Source of the DNA: an uncultured Veillonellaceae bacterium
GTDB taxonomy: Bacteria; Bacillota; Negativicutes; JARBTT01
Length of the DNA stretch: 64,000 bases
Reading direction: 5' to 3'
Assembly (NCBI GenBank): GCA_963805085.1
Contig: CAWDTA010000004.1
Coordinates: 160,001 to 224,000 of the forward strand
This document shows, piece by piece, positions 14,079 to 25,233 of the stretch (the first letter of the stretch is position 1; each line of letters begins with the position of its first letter). The notes beneath the pieces are model-generated. The model did not search any database. It was not told the DNA's origin and saw nothing but the letters and a program-made list of their open reading frames with translations. Both the position numbers and the translations under genes were made by a program.

Positions 14079-14552
14079 TCATTCCTCAGCTAGAGTTGTT
14101 ATTCTAAATTCTTCTAAATCGCCTTGGCTGACATCCAGTAATAATTGTTGTTTTTCGTCTTGCGGGTTTTTGTAAATGTAATAAATATGTCCATTGATTT
14201 TTTCCTTGTTGGCTAGACCATACTCTTTTAAGATCTTATGAGAAGTCGCCCCGATTCTTACACCTTTGTCCGTTACATACTCTTTATCACTAACACGAAA
14301 ATCTACGATTTTATTGGTGAAACGATCAATCCCAATTCTCATATCATTACCTTTGTAAAAATAATACGTCACAATATTATCTTTGACGATATAATCGAAA
14401 TTTACCCGTGGCTGCCCAATCTTTGCTACCATGGTTTCGTAATCGTCACCTAATTTTATCCCTTTATACGTAAAATCTTCTGGACTTGCCGCAAAAACCG
14501 TTGCCGCAAAAGCAAATACAAATATCGTACATAAAATGATCTTTTTTAGCAC
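14079..14552 (-). CDS. Secreted hypothetical protein
   Basis: N-terminal signal peptide (KKIILCTIFVFAFAATVFA); RBS present; likely in an operon with topB. Confidence 0.75.
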   Translation of the reverse strand: MLKKIILCTIFVFAFAATVFAASPEDFTYKGIKLGDDYETMVAKIGQPRVNFDYIVKDNIVTYYFYKGNDMRIGIDRFTNKIVDFRVSDKEYVTDKGVRIGATSHKILKEYGLANKEKINGHIYYIYKNPQDEKQQLLLDVSQGDLEEFRITTLAEE

Positions 14553-14565
14553 GCAATTGCCTCCC

Positions 14566-16755
14566 TTATTTTAAATTCAATTTTGCTAAAGCCTCCGCCA
14601 AAGCCGTATTTACAGGTTCATTACTAGTTTTTTGCTGCTCTCTCATATACTGTGCTACTTCACTTTTAGAAACTTTCGTATTATTTTCCTTACTCTTACG
14701 TTTCTGAAACGTAGTCAATTTTTCCCGATAGCCGCAAGCGCAGAAAAATAGCTTTCCTTCACCTTCGCCACGCATTTCTAATTTTTTATGGCAGTTTGGA
14801 CAACGTGCATTCGTTACCGTTGATAAACCTTTGCGATACCCACAGCTTCGATCTTGGCATACGAGCATTTTGCCTTTTTTACCGTTCACTTCTAATAAAA
14901 ACTTACCACATTCCGGACATTTCGTTCTCGTTACATTATCGTGACGGAATCGTTCCTGACTATTTTTGATATTATGCACAACTGTTTGGGCATAATTCTT
15001 AATATCATTGATAAACGTATTTTTTCCAAGCTTACCACTAGCGATACTACTCAAATTTTGTTCCCATTTTGCGGTGAGCGCTGGTTCTTTTAAATCATGC
15101 GGTACCAATTCTAATAGTTGTCTTCCCTTAGCGGTTACAAAGATATCTTTACCTTTTTTCTCGATTAAGAAACTCGCAAATAATTTTTCAATAATATCCG
15201 CCCTAGTTGCAACAGTACCAAGTCCTCCAGTTTCACCAATCGTTTGTTTTAAAGCTTTACTATCATCACTCATATATTTCACCGGATTTTCCATCGCTCC
15301 CAATAACGTTCCTTCATTAAAAGGTGCTGGTGGTTTGGTCATTCCTTGCGAAACATTGAGTTTCATTACTTTTAACTTATCACCTTTTTTAAGGTCTGGC
15401 AAGGTTTGTTCTGCAAGACTATCATTTGCATTTTCTTCTTCAAATACGCCCTGATAAACTTCTTTCCAGCCCATGTTCTTGATATTTTTTCCCTTGGCAA
15501 TAAAGACTTCACCATTCAGATCCACTTTTACTGTGGTTTGTTCATATTCAAACGGTGGATAGAGCACGGCAACAAAACGTTTTACGACCAAATCATAAAT
15601 TTTACGTTCACGATCGGTAAGCGCACTCAAATTTACAAACTGTTCCGTTGGTATAATCGCATGATGATCCGATACTTTACTATCATCAACGAAATGTTTA
15701 CTCGCTTGGATTTGTTTGCTCGCTTGAAATGCTAATTTAGAATACGGTCCGACACTACATGCGCTGAGACGATCTTTTAGTGTTGGCACAATATCCGCTG
15801 AAATATATTTTGAATCCGTTCTTGGATACGTAAGTATCTTATGCGTTTCATAAAGTTTTTGCATCAGCCCCAGTGTTTCTTTGGCTGAAAAAGCAAAAAT
15901 CTTATTTGCATCGCGTTGCAATTCAGTTAAATTATAAAGCTGTGGTGCATAGGATTTTTTTGCCGCCTTCTCTAAGCTTACGACTTCACCAACAGCACCA
16001 GTAATTTTCTTGGCTACGCTATCGATATATTCTTTATCAAAAGAACGCATGTCCCCACTTTTTTTATCCTGCCAAGTTACGGTAAGCTGGTTAAGCTTCG
16101 CCGTCAATCCATAATATGCTTTTGGCACAAAGTTTCTAATCTCATCCTCACGTTTCGCGATAATCGCCAGCGTTGGCGTTTGCACACGACCACAAGATAA
16201 TTGTGCATTAAATTTACAAGTAAGCGCCCGCGTTGCATTGATGCCAACATACCAGTCCGCTTCCGCACGTGCTACTGCCGCTTGATAGAGATTGTCATAG
16301 TCTTTGCCCGCTCTTAATTTTGCAAAGCCTTCTATGATTGCTTTATCAGTAACCGAAGAAATCCATAATCTTTTGATTGGTTTATGAATCATTGCTTTTT
16401 CAATGATCCACCGTGCTACCAATTCTCCTTCGCGTCCAGCATCGGTTGCAATAATGACTTCACTTACATCCTTGCGACGCAGTTGATCCCTTACAACGTT
16501 AAACTGACGACTGGTTTGCTTGATGACCACAAGCTCTAACGCTTTTGGCATAATCGGCAATTCTTCGATCCGCCAAGATTTATTACTTGCCCCATATGCT
16601 TCTGGATCCGCTAATGTCACCAAATGACCAAGCGCCCAAGTGACGATATATTTACTACCTTCAATATAACCATTACCATTTTGTTTCGCTCCGAGCACCC
16701 GTGCTAAATCACGACCAACGGAAGGTTTTTCTGCTAAAACAACTATTTTACTCAT
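14566..16755 (-). CDS. topB: DNA topoisomerase III
   Basis: AEKPSV, ATDAGREGE, GRVQTPTL and TYPRTD motifs; C-terminal zinc ribbons. Confidence 0.95.
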   Translation of the reverse strand: MSKIVVLAEKPSVGRDLARVLGAKQNGNGYIEGSKYIVTWALGHLVTLADPEAYGASNKSWRIEELPIMPKALELVVIKQTSRQFNVVRDQLRRKDVSEVIIATDAGREGELVARWIIEKAMIHKPIKRLWISSVTDKAIIEGFAKLRAGKDYDNLYQAAVARAEADWYVGINATRALTCKFNAQLSCGRVQTPTLAIIAKREDEIRNFVPKAYYGLTAKLNQLTVTWQDKKSGDMRSFDKEYIDSVAKKITGAVGEVVSLEKAAKKSYAPQLYNLTELQRDANKIFAFSAKETLGLMQKLYETHKILTYPRTDSKYISADIVPTLKDRLSACSVGPYSKLAFQASKQIQASKHFVDDSKVSDHHAIIPTEQFVNLSALTDRERKIYDLVVKRFVAVLYPPFEYEQTTVKVDLNGEVFIAKGKNIKNMGWKEVYQGVFEEENANDSLAEQTLPDLKKGDKLKVMKLNVSQGMTKPPAPFNEGTLLGAMENPVKYMSDDSKALKQTIGETGGLGTVATRADIIEKLFASFLIEKKGKDIFVTAKGRQLLELVPHDLKEPALTAKWEQNLSSIASGKLGKNTFINDIKNYAQTVVHNIKNSQERFRHDNVTRTKCPECGKFLLEVNGKKGKMLVCQDRSCGYRKGLSTVTNARCPNCHKKLEMRGEGEGKLFFCACGYREKLTTFQKRKSKENNTKVSKSEVAQYMREQQKTSNEPVNTALAEALAKLNLK

Positions 16756-16832
16756 AATTATTATTTTACCTCACAAATATTTGATATTCATTTATAAATT
16801 TAAAAACAAAGACTTATGCAACGCACAAGTCT

Positions 16833-17074
16833 CAGCTTGTAGACATACTATGGACAGACAGGCCGCCGGCAGGCGATAAGCACCCATCTACGCCCTCCGA
16901 CAAGGTGCTGCTCGTCGACGTACAAAAGTACGACTCCTTCTCAACTCCTTGCTGCGCCTGGCATCTGAGCACTTCTCGCCAACCGGCAATCTATCTTCGT
17001 ACTAGTTTATAATTGGTACCAATTTAAATGTTTCTATTTATTAATGTAAATATTTCTACTTTGTCGACAATTTG
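16833..17074. mobile_element. Non-autonomous MITE with IS1182-like ends
   Basis: Terminal inverted repeats CAGCTTGTAGACA and TGTCGACAATTTG, each flanked by a similar 21-bp hairpin (16811-16831, 17076-17096); structured interior with no ORF. Confidence 0.6.
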
Positions 17075-17105
17075 AGACTCATGCTATGCATAAGCCTATT
17101 CTTTG

Positions 17106-17429
17106 TTATACTACATTTTTTAATAACCAAAATACAACCATACCAGTTACGATACTTTTCCCCAAAGACTTCGTTTTTAGCGAGACTGCCAAAACAATCA
17201 AAGACGCTATTAAATTAATATTCCCTAAACTCAAATTGAGTTTATTACCATCAATAAAAATTTCCGAAAATACCAACGCCCCAAACACTGATGTTGGCAC
17301 ATACGTTAACCACCGCTCTACAATCGGTGATAAGGTTGTTTTAGCAAGCAAAAAAGGCGGAACTACCCGCGGAATATATGAAACAACAAACATTCCTAAA
17401 ATACAATACATAACTTCCATACTAGTCAT
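17106..17429 (-). CDS. azlD: AzlD-family branched-chain amino acid exporter, small subunit
   Basis: GMFVVSYIPRVVP and WLTYVPTSVFGAL motifs; overlaps the azlC stop. Confidence 0.85.
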   Translation of the reverse strand: MTSMEVMYCILGMFVVSYIPRVVPPFLLAKTTLSPIVERWLTYVPTSVFGALVFSEIFIDGNKLNLSLGNINLIASLIVLAVSLKTKSLGKSIVTGMVVFWLLKNVV

Positions 17430-18108
17430 CTTTCGTGCCCCCTTCAATCATACAGCCAAGCGTAGCTGCAATGATGGTTGCTACAACAATATGTAATTTA
17501 TGCGTTAAAAATCCCGATAAAAACAGTGCCAGGACCCCTGATACTACTCCAATGATGATCTTTAGATTGTTCTCAAAATGATATGTCCAAAGCCCGATAA
17601 ACATAGCCGTCAATGTATACCCTACCACCGCAATATCAACAGGCAACACGTTACCCACGATATTTCCAAGCATCGTACTCAAAACCCAACAGCCATGCGC
17701 TAAAATATTTAGTGCCAAGGCACGATTGGCATCCCACTCGCCAGCACTAAATTCACTTAAATTCACGGCAAAGGTTTCATCAACAATTCCCTGCGTAAAA
17801 AAGCTAAAATATTTTTTTGACTGCCCCATTAAATATGCCGTTAATGTCGAACTATATAAAGTATGCCGTAAATTTACTATGAATGTCGTCAGCACAATCG
17901 AAGAAATAGATGCACCTCCACCAATCATGGAAAGCGCAATGAACTGCCCACTGCCCGCGAAAACAAGCACCGACATCATTGCCGTTTCCCACACACTTAC
18001 CCCGACCTTTTGTGCAAGTACCCCACAAGCAAAACCTAGTGGAAGATAACCAACACAGATCGGAAAAACTGCTTTTAAAACTTCTTTACTATATAAATTG
18101 CGTAAAAT
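17422..18108 (-). CDS. azlC: AzlC-family exporter, large subunit (probable ATT start)
   Basis: FPICVGYLPLGFACGVLA, FAGSGQF, VNLRH and DETFAV motifs; frame stays open upstream of the ORF-track GTG. Confidence 0.88.
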   Translation of the reverse strand: MLRNLYSKEVLKAVFPICVGYLPLGFACGVLAQKVGVSVWETAMMSVLVFAGSGQFIALSMIGGGASISSIVLTTFIVNLRHTLYSSTLTAYLMGQSKKYFSFFTQGIVDETFAVNLSEFSAGEWDANRALALNILAHGCWVLSTMLGNIVGNVLPVDIAVVGYTLTAMFIGLWTYHFENNLKIIIGVVSGVLALFLSGFLTHKLHIVVATIIAATLGCMIEGGTKDD

Positions 18109-18251
18109 ATTAACACCTTCTATTATTAAGCTAAATAAAGATTTTTCCTAACTTATTCGATGCACTATGTATACTGTCTGTTTATTATATCCGTTAGGTA
18201 CAAATTTTTCAATATCTTCCTTAAATTAATTGGAAATTTAGGACAAATCAC

Positions 18252-18275
18252 GACAAGGTGGCGGTTATTTTTGTC
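18252..18275 (+). repeat. REP-like motif, left of RAYT
   Basis: GACAAGGTGGCGGTTATTTTTGTC; matches the reverse complement of 19081-19104 at 22 of 24 positions. Confidence 0.85.
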
Positions 18276-19028
18276 TTATTTTGTTATTTTATTTATCTTA
18301 TCCTTATTAATTCCCGTGATCTCTGCCAACTTTCTTAGTGGCAAATTTGTTTTCTCTTTAAATTTTTTCAGTTTCTCTTCTAAGCTTTCTTCACTTTTTG
18401 CAAGCTCATTCCATAACTTTATTGCTTGGCTTTCTTCCATTTGATTTGCTTTTTCATCTATTTCAATAAATTTATCTTCTTCTTTCATCTTTGTGAATTT
18501 GATAAACTCTTCTCTTTCTTCCTTTTTCTCTTCTGAAAATATTCCGAGAACTAGTTCTTTATCTATTGCTTTTGCTAAAACAGTATCTTCTTCTATATAG
18601 GCCTTATAACTACTCCATTTATATTTTTCTACTCTTTTCACTATGCCTGCTTTGACTGGGTTTTTATGAATATACCTTGTTGCCATTAATAGATAGCTAT
18701 CATCTTCTATTTTTTCGCTTCTATATCTATCTTGAAATAGGTGGCCTGTCTTCTTATATTTCTTATTAAAATAAAAGACATAGCTAACATTGATTCGTTT
18801 CATTATATTAGCTATGTATTCTTCTCTTTCTTGCAATAGTAAATGGGCATGATTATCCATTATGCAAAATGCTATAAGACCATATCTGTTATTTTCTTTT
18901 TTCGTTTTTAGTATTTCTATAAAGTACATTTTATCTTGGCCATCCATGAATATATCTTTTCGAGCGTTACCTCTTATCATTATATGGTTATATCCTGTAT
19001 TACTTTTATCTCTTTGTTGTATTGGCAT
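18276..19028 (-). mobile_element. REP-associated tyrosine transposase (RAYT; HUH/Y1, IS200-like)
   Basis: HIMIRGN, FCIMDNHAHLL (HUH), GHLFQDRYRS and YIHKNPVKAG motifs; C-terminal HTH-like segment; intact ORF. Confidence 0.92.
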
Positions 19029-19080
19029 GATAATCCGCTCCTTTTTCTCTCAGATTATCATGCCAAATTAATTTAGTCAA

Positions 19081-19104
19081 GACAAAAAGAACCGTCACCT
19101 TGTC
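19081..19104 (-). repeat. REP-like motif, right of RAYT
   Basis: GACAAAAAGAACCGTCACCTTGTC; inverted partner of 18252-18275. Confidence 0.85.
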
Positions 19105-19129
19105 TTAAAAAAAACAGATTTTAGAGCTG

Positions 19130-19315
19130 GATAGGATTCGTGTACCCATTTTTAAGTGGAAATGAAGAAGATTTTTGCTTTTTAGGCAGGTACTTTATCC
19201 TCCCTCTTAGCACCCCGCATTTTGACGATGCACCGAGAGTTTCTACCCAGTCTTTTGGTCAGTTACCGGGATAGGACTTTCATTCACAAGTATAATCCAG
19301 CTTCGCTGGACAAGC
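19130..19315 (-). mobile_element. Degenerate 5' fragment of a group II intron
   Basis: Reverse complement GCTTGTCCAGCGAAGCTGG...GAATGAAAGTCCTATCCCGGTAAC resembles a group II 5' end and domain I start; no RT ORF or domain V/VI visible. Confidence 0.6.
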
Positions 19316-19331
19316 GGTATTCAAAAGGGCA

Positions 19332-22186
19332 TTAACGAATAGTTACCGTTTCATCTAACGAATACATTTTTTTGCAGAATGTGGAAATTTTATTACAAGT
19401 TTTAGGATCAAGCAACAACATCATGTGACTAGAAGAATCTACATCTATTATATTAAAATTTGGAAGTTGTTGTTCCCATTCCCCCCAATATTTTGTATGA
19501 TCAAGTAAAATTTTGTCTTCTGCATTTGCTACAAATTCACCAAAGAAGACTCCGTTCTTATTACGAAAATAATAACAAGTTACTGTTTGAGGGTAGGTTA
19601 ACGGTAAGATGCTAAAGTGATTGAGTTTATATGCCTGCTGAACTTTTACATTATTTTGAATCCGTTCGCGTAATAGAGCTTCCGTTTTGGCTAATCCACG
19701 TGCTTTGGCAAGTATAACCACTTGCTGCAAAAAAAATTCATCATCTGCATTCAAATCCACTTCCTCTTGACGGATTATTATTTGTGCCGATTTTTCCGGT
19801 TCTTGCCGGATCATAGGCATGAGCTCCATGTTAACTGCTTGTAAAATCAAATCTTTAGGAAATAAATTTACTTTCCTCATGCCAATACTATCTGGTGAAT
19901 CCAGCATAACAATCGTATTGACATTTTGTCCTACCCCTTGCAATTGGCGTGTAATTTCATATGCTAGAGCTCCACCCAGAGAAAAACCACCTAAATCATA
20001 TGGTCCCTCTAATTGTACTGATTGAATTATATGAACGTAATAAGAAGCCATTGCCTGAATTCCTTCTAAAGGAGAACCACCGGTCATCCACCCTCGTGCT
20101 TGTATACCATAGAAAGGGCGCTGACTTTTCTGGGCAATGCTTTGATATCCTTCAACTCCACCGCCCCCTCCATGAAGCCAAAATACAGGCCGTCCTTGAG
20201 AAACCTGATTAAGGTGTATCAGCTCTGGGAACTGAGACCAATTGTTTCTATTTAAATCTGGTTCTAAACTAATTCTCTTCTCTGTGTAAGATTTATTGTT
20301 ATTTTCCTTATCGGCTATATATTTTTCTTCCTTGGCAGAATACATTGCTTTAGGAACAGGATAAAGTTGTTTTTGAAAACAATATGTTGGTAACGATATA
20401 CGATAAACATTATATGAATGAAAGAATGTTTTCCAAGAAATATTTGAGCCTTGTACCCATAATTTTGCTAATTTATGCCATGAATGATTGTTCAAATAGC
20501 TTTGAACCTGAGCCGCCTCACAGTTTTCATTCATCGTATTAGCATCCACATTAGCAGTTGAAATAATATCGGCAGATATTTCACTGTTTAAAAATTGTCG
20601 AAATTGTTTAACTAATGTTTTAAGATTATCGGTTATAAATACTACTCGTTCAGAAAACGCTACTCTACCAATGCAAAGTGTAAACATTATATTGGACAAA
20701 GTATAATTAGTCTCCCATTGTGCATCAAGATTTTGATACCTTTCAATGAATTCGATATAGTTTTCGATAGTTCGCTGAAGCTGATAGTTTGTTTTGGACG
20801 ATAATGGAATAAAATAAGAATCTAATTTTTGTTCCTCGGTATTCTCTACAATATGTTCTTCCAAAATAAGATGCCCATTGTTACCGCCGTTATCAATGGA
20901 TGATATCATTGCCCGACGCGGCATTGAAAACTGTTTATTATTAACCGTTAGAACAGGTGGTATCCATTCTGTTGTTGATGTTTGAAAATAGAACGGGGAA
21001 TCTTTTATATTTATATTTGATCCTATTTTGGGCAAATTAATTAACGGAATAAACATTTTCGTTTTAAACTGCAGCAATACTTTTGTTAATTGTAGTAATG
21101 TAGATACGGCTTCACCATGTCCAATAATAGATTGTACTGACCCAATCGGACAAAATTGCTTTTCATTAGTGAACTGATTAAACGCTAATATTAAACCTTC
21201 AAATTCAGCAACATCACTTATAGATGATCCATTGGATGCTGCTTCCATATAATTTATGGTTGCTGGATGTATCCCTGCTTTTTTAAAATTAGTTTGAATA
21301 AGTTTAGCTTGCTGTTTTGGATCGGGGACCATAAACTTTGGCGGATTTTCTTCATGACAAATATGACAGGATTTAATAACTGCATAAATATGATCCTTGT
21401 CTAGTAAAGCCTGTTGTAGTGGTTTCAGCAAAATGGATACAACTCCTTCAGCTAACACCCGGTCATCGTCTGATCAGTGCATAGGTTCGGATCAAGAATA
21501 TTTGCTCCAATAACTAATGCCGTTTGGCATTCTTTTCGCATTAAGCTTTGACCTGCCAAGTGAATCGCCGTTAAGGAAGAACAAGCACCCTCACTTACAA
21601 TTAAAGCTGGACCTTGAAAATTAAAAAAATCGGCTATTCTATCATTTAATATATGGGAATGGTTTGTAGTTTGATATTTACTAGGTGTTATCCCAGTAAA
21701 TATTCCTACTGAATTGCCTAATTCTTCAAAAGTATAACCTGCATCTTCAATACAAGACCACACTGTTTCTAACGCAAGACACTCTCGATGATCCATAATA
21801 GATATTTCATCAGAAGTTAAATCAAAAAAAGATGCATCAAATGTATCATGCGCTTAAAAAAAAGTGCCAAATTTATAACACTTTTTATGAAGATATAAAG
21901 AATCATTAGTTGGAAAATCATGGTGTTCATCACAGTACCATTGGTGCTCCAGAATTTTCTTGATAAATTTTGTTCCTTGTTTAAGTTTCAGCCAAAACTC
22001 ATAGTGATTATCTGCCTGTGGATACCGTCCATTCAAACCAATAATAGCGATATCATACTGTTGAATCTTTTTTGTTTCCTCAAATTCTAACTTCTCAGTC
22101 CTCGTTTGAGTAACTGCTTCATATAAAGATTGTTGTTGTTCTTCTGTTAATAGTGCTACTAGATCCTTTAAATTTTGTCTAGACAT
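19332..22186 (-). pseudogene. Decayed trans-AT-type PKS gene (ketosynthase plus thioesterase)
   Basis: KS motifs DIAIIGLNGRYP, ACSSL, EGVVSILLKPL and IGHGEA, plus TE GFSLG, split by an in-frame TAA (21854-21856) and a frameshift near 21460. Confidence 0.85.
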
Positions 22187-22312
22187 GATTAACAATTACC
22201 TCCATACTTTGTTAAAAAATTCATTCAGCTTATCATAAATAATTCTGTTCATCTTAGCATGGTAAACCCAATGAAATCGCAAAAATGATTGCTCTTCATA
22301 ATTATAAAGATA

Positions 22313-22362
22313 TCATGATATGATGCTGCATCAACCAATTAGGATACAGCATCATATCATGA
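22313..22362. terminator. Long hairpin, probable terminator
   Basis: TCATGATATGATGCTG...CAGCATCATATCATGA inverted repeat. Confidence 0.55.
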
Positions 22363-22495
22363 CTAACATTATTATATAAGCCATTTTTGTTGACCCGCTT
22401 GCGGCTCTTACGCAAATGATAAATTGTAGTTTTCCGGGGTGATAATCCCGCGATTTTTAATGATGCTTAGCAAATAGTCTGTGAACAATGGTTTC

Positions 22496-23716
22496 CTATT
22501 CATTTGAACTACCTCTGAAAGCTACTAAATACATTATAATAGATAAAATAATGAGGATAGCTGAAACGTTGTATATGTAAATAAATCCAAACACTTGTGC
22601 CACACTGCCCCAAAGAACAGAGCCAACCATTATTCCTAAGTCCATTGCACATAGATATGTTGCATTAGCCATTCCTCGTCTTTCCGCAGGTGCAAAAGAT
22701 ATAACTAATGCATTTAGGGTTGGCTGAACTACACCGAAACCAATGCCATAAATTACAGCAACGATAAGAAATATTGGCAACGAAGGAGCTACAGACAACA
22801 GCTTCAGGGCAATTGCTAATAAAAGCATGCCAGAAACCACTATTTTGGAGCTTCCATGTCGGTCAGCAAATCGACCAAATGTTAACCTGACAAATATTGT
22901 AGCCAGTGAACTAACTATAAAAAATATTCCAATATTTGCTATACCTTTCTCATTCGCATATGCAGGTAAGAAGACTCCTACGGTGGAGTAAGTCATCATA
23001 ACGATAAAAAATAAAAAAGATGGCCACATTGCTGTTTTTTCAAAAACCAATATCTTGTTTTTTTGCCCTGCTTTATGTTCAATTTTTTTAATAAGTGGAG
23101 GCTCTGTACTTATTTGATTAAGGTAGCGATTTTGCCATAAACTAGTAAGTAATGCTAATACAATGAAGAAAGCTGAAAGAAGAAAAAGTAATATATAATT
23201 ATAATGCTCCAATACGTATAATCCTAAGCCAGGACCGAGAGCTATAGCAACTGAGTTTGATATTCCAAAAAAGCCCATTCCTTCAGTTCTGCGGCTGGCT
23301 GGAATCAGATCAGAGGCTATGGTACTGACTGACGTGGTGGTTGCACTCCAACTTATTCCGTGTATCGCTCTCAGTATTAACAGCAGAATAACTGAATATG
23401 CCACCGCATTGTAAGAGAGCGTTGCCAGCAGCAGCACAGTCAGACTCGTAAGCATAATTGACTTTCTTCCTTTTTGATCTAGCAGACCTCCAATCTTTGG
23501 ACGAGCTATGAAACCGGTTAAATAATAAATACCGGATACTAGCCCCGCCATTATTTTGTTTTCCCCAATGTTTAAAACATGTAAAGGTAAAGTTGACAGT
23601 AACATAAAATTTCCCAGATAGGCAAGGAAATTCACCAGTATGGTAAAAACAAAAGCTGTCGACCATAAGTTCTCCTGAACACCTGCCTCCTGATTTGCTA
23701 TAAGCATTCCTTTCAA
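22496..23716 (-). CDS. MFS transporter
   Basis: GGLLDQKGRK and GRFADRHG motif-A repeats; about 12 TM helices. Confidence 0.92.
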   Translation of the reverse strand: MKGMLIANQEAGVQENLWSTAFVFTILVNFLAYLGNFMLLSTLPLHVLNIGENKIMAGLVSGIYYLTGFIARPKIGGLLDQKGRKSIMLTSLTVLLLATLSYNAVAYSVILLLILRAIHGISWSATTTSVSTIASDLIPASRRTEGMGFFGISNSVAIALGPGLGLYVLEHYNYILLFLLSAFFIVLALLTSLWQNRYLNQISTEPPLIKKIEHKAGQKNKILVFEKTAMWPSFLFFIVMMTYSTVGVFLPAYANEKGIANIGIFFIVSSLATIFVRLTFGRFADRHGSSKIVVSGMLLLAIALKLLSVAPSLPIFLIVAVIYGIGFGVVQPTLNALVISFAPAERRGMANATYLCAMDLGIMVGSVLWGSVAQVFGFIYIYNVSAILIILSIIMYLVAFRGSSNE

Positions 23717-23938
23717 AACGATCATCCTCCCTATAAGCACTATACCTTCAGGAATATTGCAGACTTAATTCTTAGTATTCCTACTGGTTTAATAGTGATT
23801 AATTTACAGTTTTATACTATTCTTACTTAAATAATTTGTCAAGCTTAATAATAGTGGTTACTTCCACTTGGCATGTTGTGATTTCAGTGCAACTTTCTTT
23901 AAGGAAGAGACCTGTGGGTTAAGGATTCTAACTTATTA

Positions 23939-24430
23939 CTAAAAGAGAAAATCGTCTGAGGTCAATTTTATGTCTTTACCCTTTTCTCTAGCAATACGAA
24001 GTAATTGTTCTGTTTTTGTTTCCGGAGAAATATGTAAAACTGATCGGCGTAACATGGTCCGGGCACTATTAGGGCAGGCAGTGGCGCATAGACCACAACC
24101 GATGCACATTTGCTCATTAAACTCCGGCGCTTCTTTTCCGTTGCCCACGCTGCTCATACTAATGGCATTCATAGGGCATTTTTTAGTGCATTCACCACAT
24201 CCTTTGCAACGATTCAGATCAATAGACGGAATGAAATTGCTGGGGTGTGTACCTAATACTCCAGATTGCCTGGATGCACCAAAAACTTCACAACAGCAGC
24301 TACAACAGTGACACATGAACACTGGTTGATTAAGTACATTGTCAACTTGGTGAACTAAACCAAATTTTTCAGTTTGATCCAACAACTGTAACATTTCGTC
24401 CACAGTAGCCGGCTTACCTCCCCCCCCCGT
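23939..24430 (-). pseudogene. 5'-truncated 4Fe-4S dicluster protein
   Basis: GLVH...CHCCSCCC and two CxxCxxCxxxCP motifs; the ORF-track N-terminus is antisense IS sequence. Confidence 0.8.
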
Positions 24431-24465
24431 CGCGCGCACCATTGCCCAAATTCGCCTAGACTCTG

Positions 24466-25220
24466 TGGACAATTGCGTAAAAACAAGGTAGTTGTGAACA
24501 AGAAAAAAGTACAACGCATTGTACAAAAACTTGGCATTCAAGTAACTTCATTTACACGTAAGAGCAGAAAGTATAATTCTTACAAGGGAAGAATCGGAAA
24601 AATTGCACCAAATAGACTTCACCGACGTTTTAATACAAATGTTGTTCATCAAAAAATCACAACAGATACATCTGAGTTTAAGTATTATGAAATTGATGAT
24701 AAAGGAAGAGTGATAATTAAAAAGCTTTATCTTGATCCATTCATGGATCTTTGCAATTGAGAAATCATAAGTTATGGTATTTCGCAGAGTTCTTCGGCTG
24801 AAAACATCATGAAAGCATTAAATGATGCTATAGATATGACTTCAGACTGTAAATACAGAAGAACGTTTCATTCTGATCAAGGATGGGCTTACCAGATGAA
24901 AGCTTATTCACATACATTAAAAGCTAATAGAATATATCAAAGTATGTCGCGCAAAGGAAACTGTTATGATAATTCTGTAATGGAAAACTTCTTTGGAATT
25001 ATGAAACAGGAAATGTATTACGGAGTTGTTTATCATAGCTATAATGAATTGAAATCTGCGATTGAAAAATACATAAAATATTATAATGAACAAAGAATCA
25101 AGCAAAATCTAGGATGGATGAGTCCTGTTGAATATAGACTCAATCTCCTAGCTGCATAAAGAAATAGCGTAACAGCTAAAACTGCTACGCTATAAAGTCT
25201 AACTTATAGGGGTCACCTCA
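24466..25220 (+). mobile_element. IS3-family (IS150-like) 3' remnant
   Basis: OrfB motifs NKKKVQRI, TDTSEF, HSDQGWAY and SMSRKGNCYDNSVMENFF; in-frame TGA at 24758-24760; right end AAAGTCTAACTTATAGGGGTCACCTCA. Confidence 0.9.
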
Positions 25221-25233
25221 GCTCTCTAATCTG

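Noticed and set aside
18276-19028. IS200/IS605 element with TnpB and omega RNA
   Set aside because: No tnpB or iscB nearby; protein length, motifs and inverted flanks fit a RAYT.
21854-21863. A8 tract as a phase-variation switch in the PKS gene
   Set aside because: KS homology continues in the same frame after the TAA, so it is a nonsense change and slippage would not repair it.
23939-24541. 200-aa ORF as an intact ferredoxin gene
   Set aside because: Its N-terminus is read from the antisense strand of an IS3 remnant.
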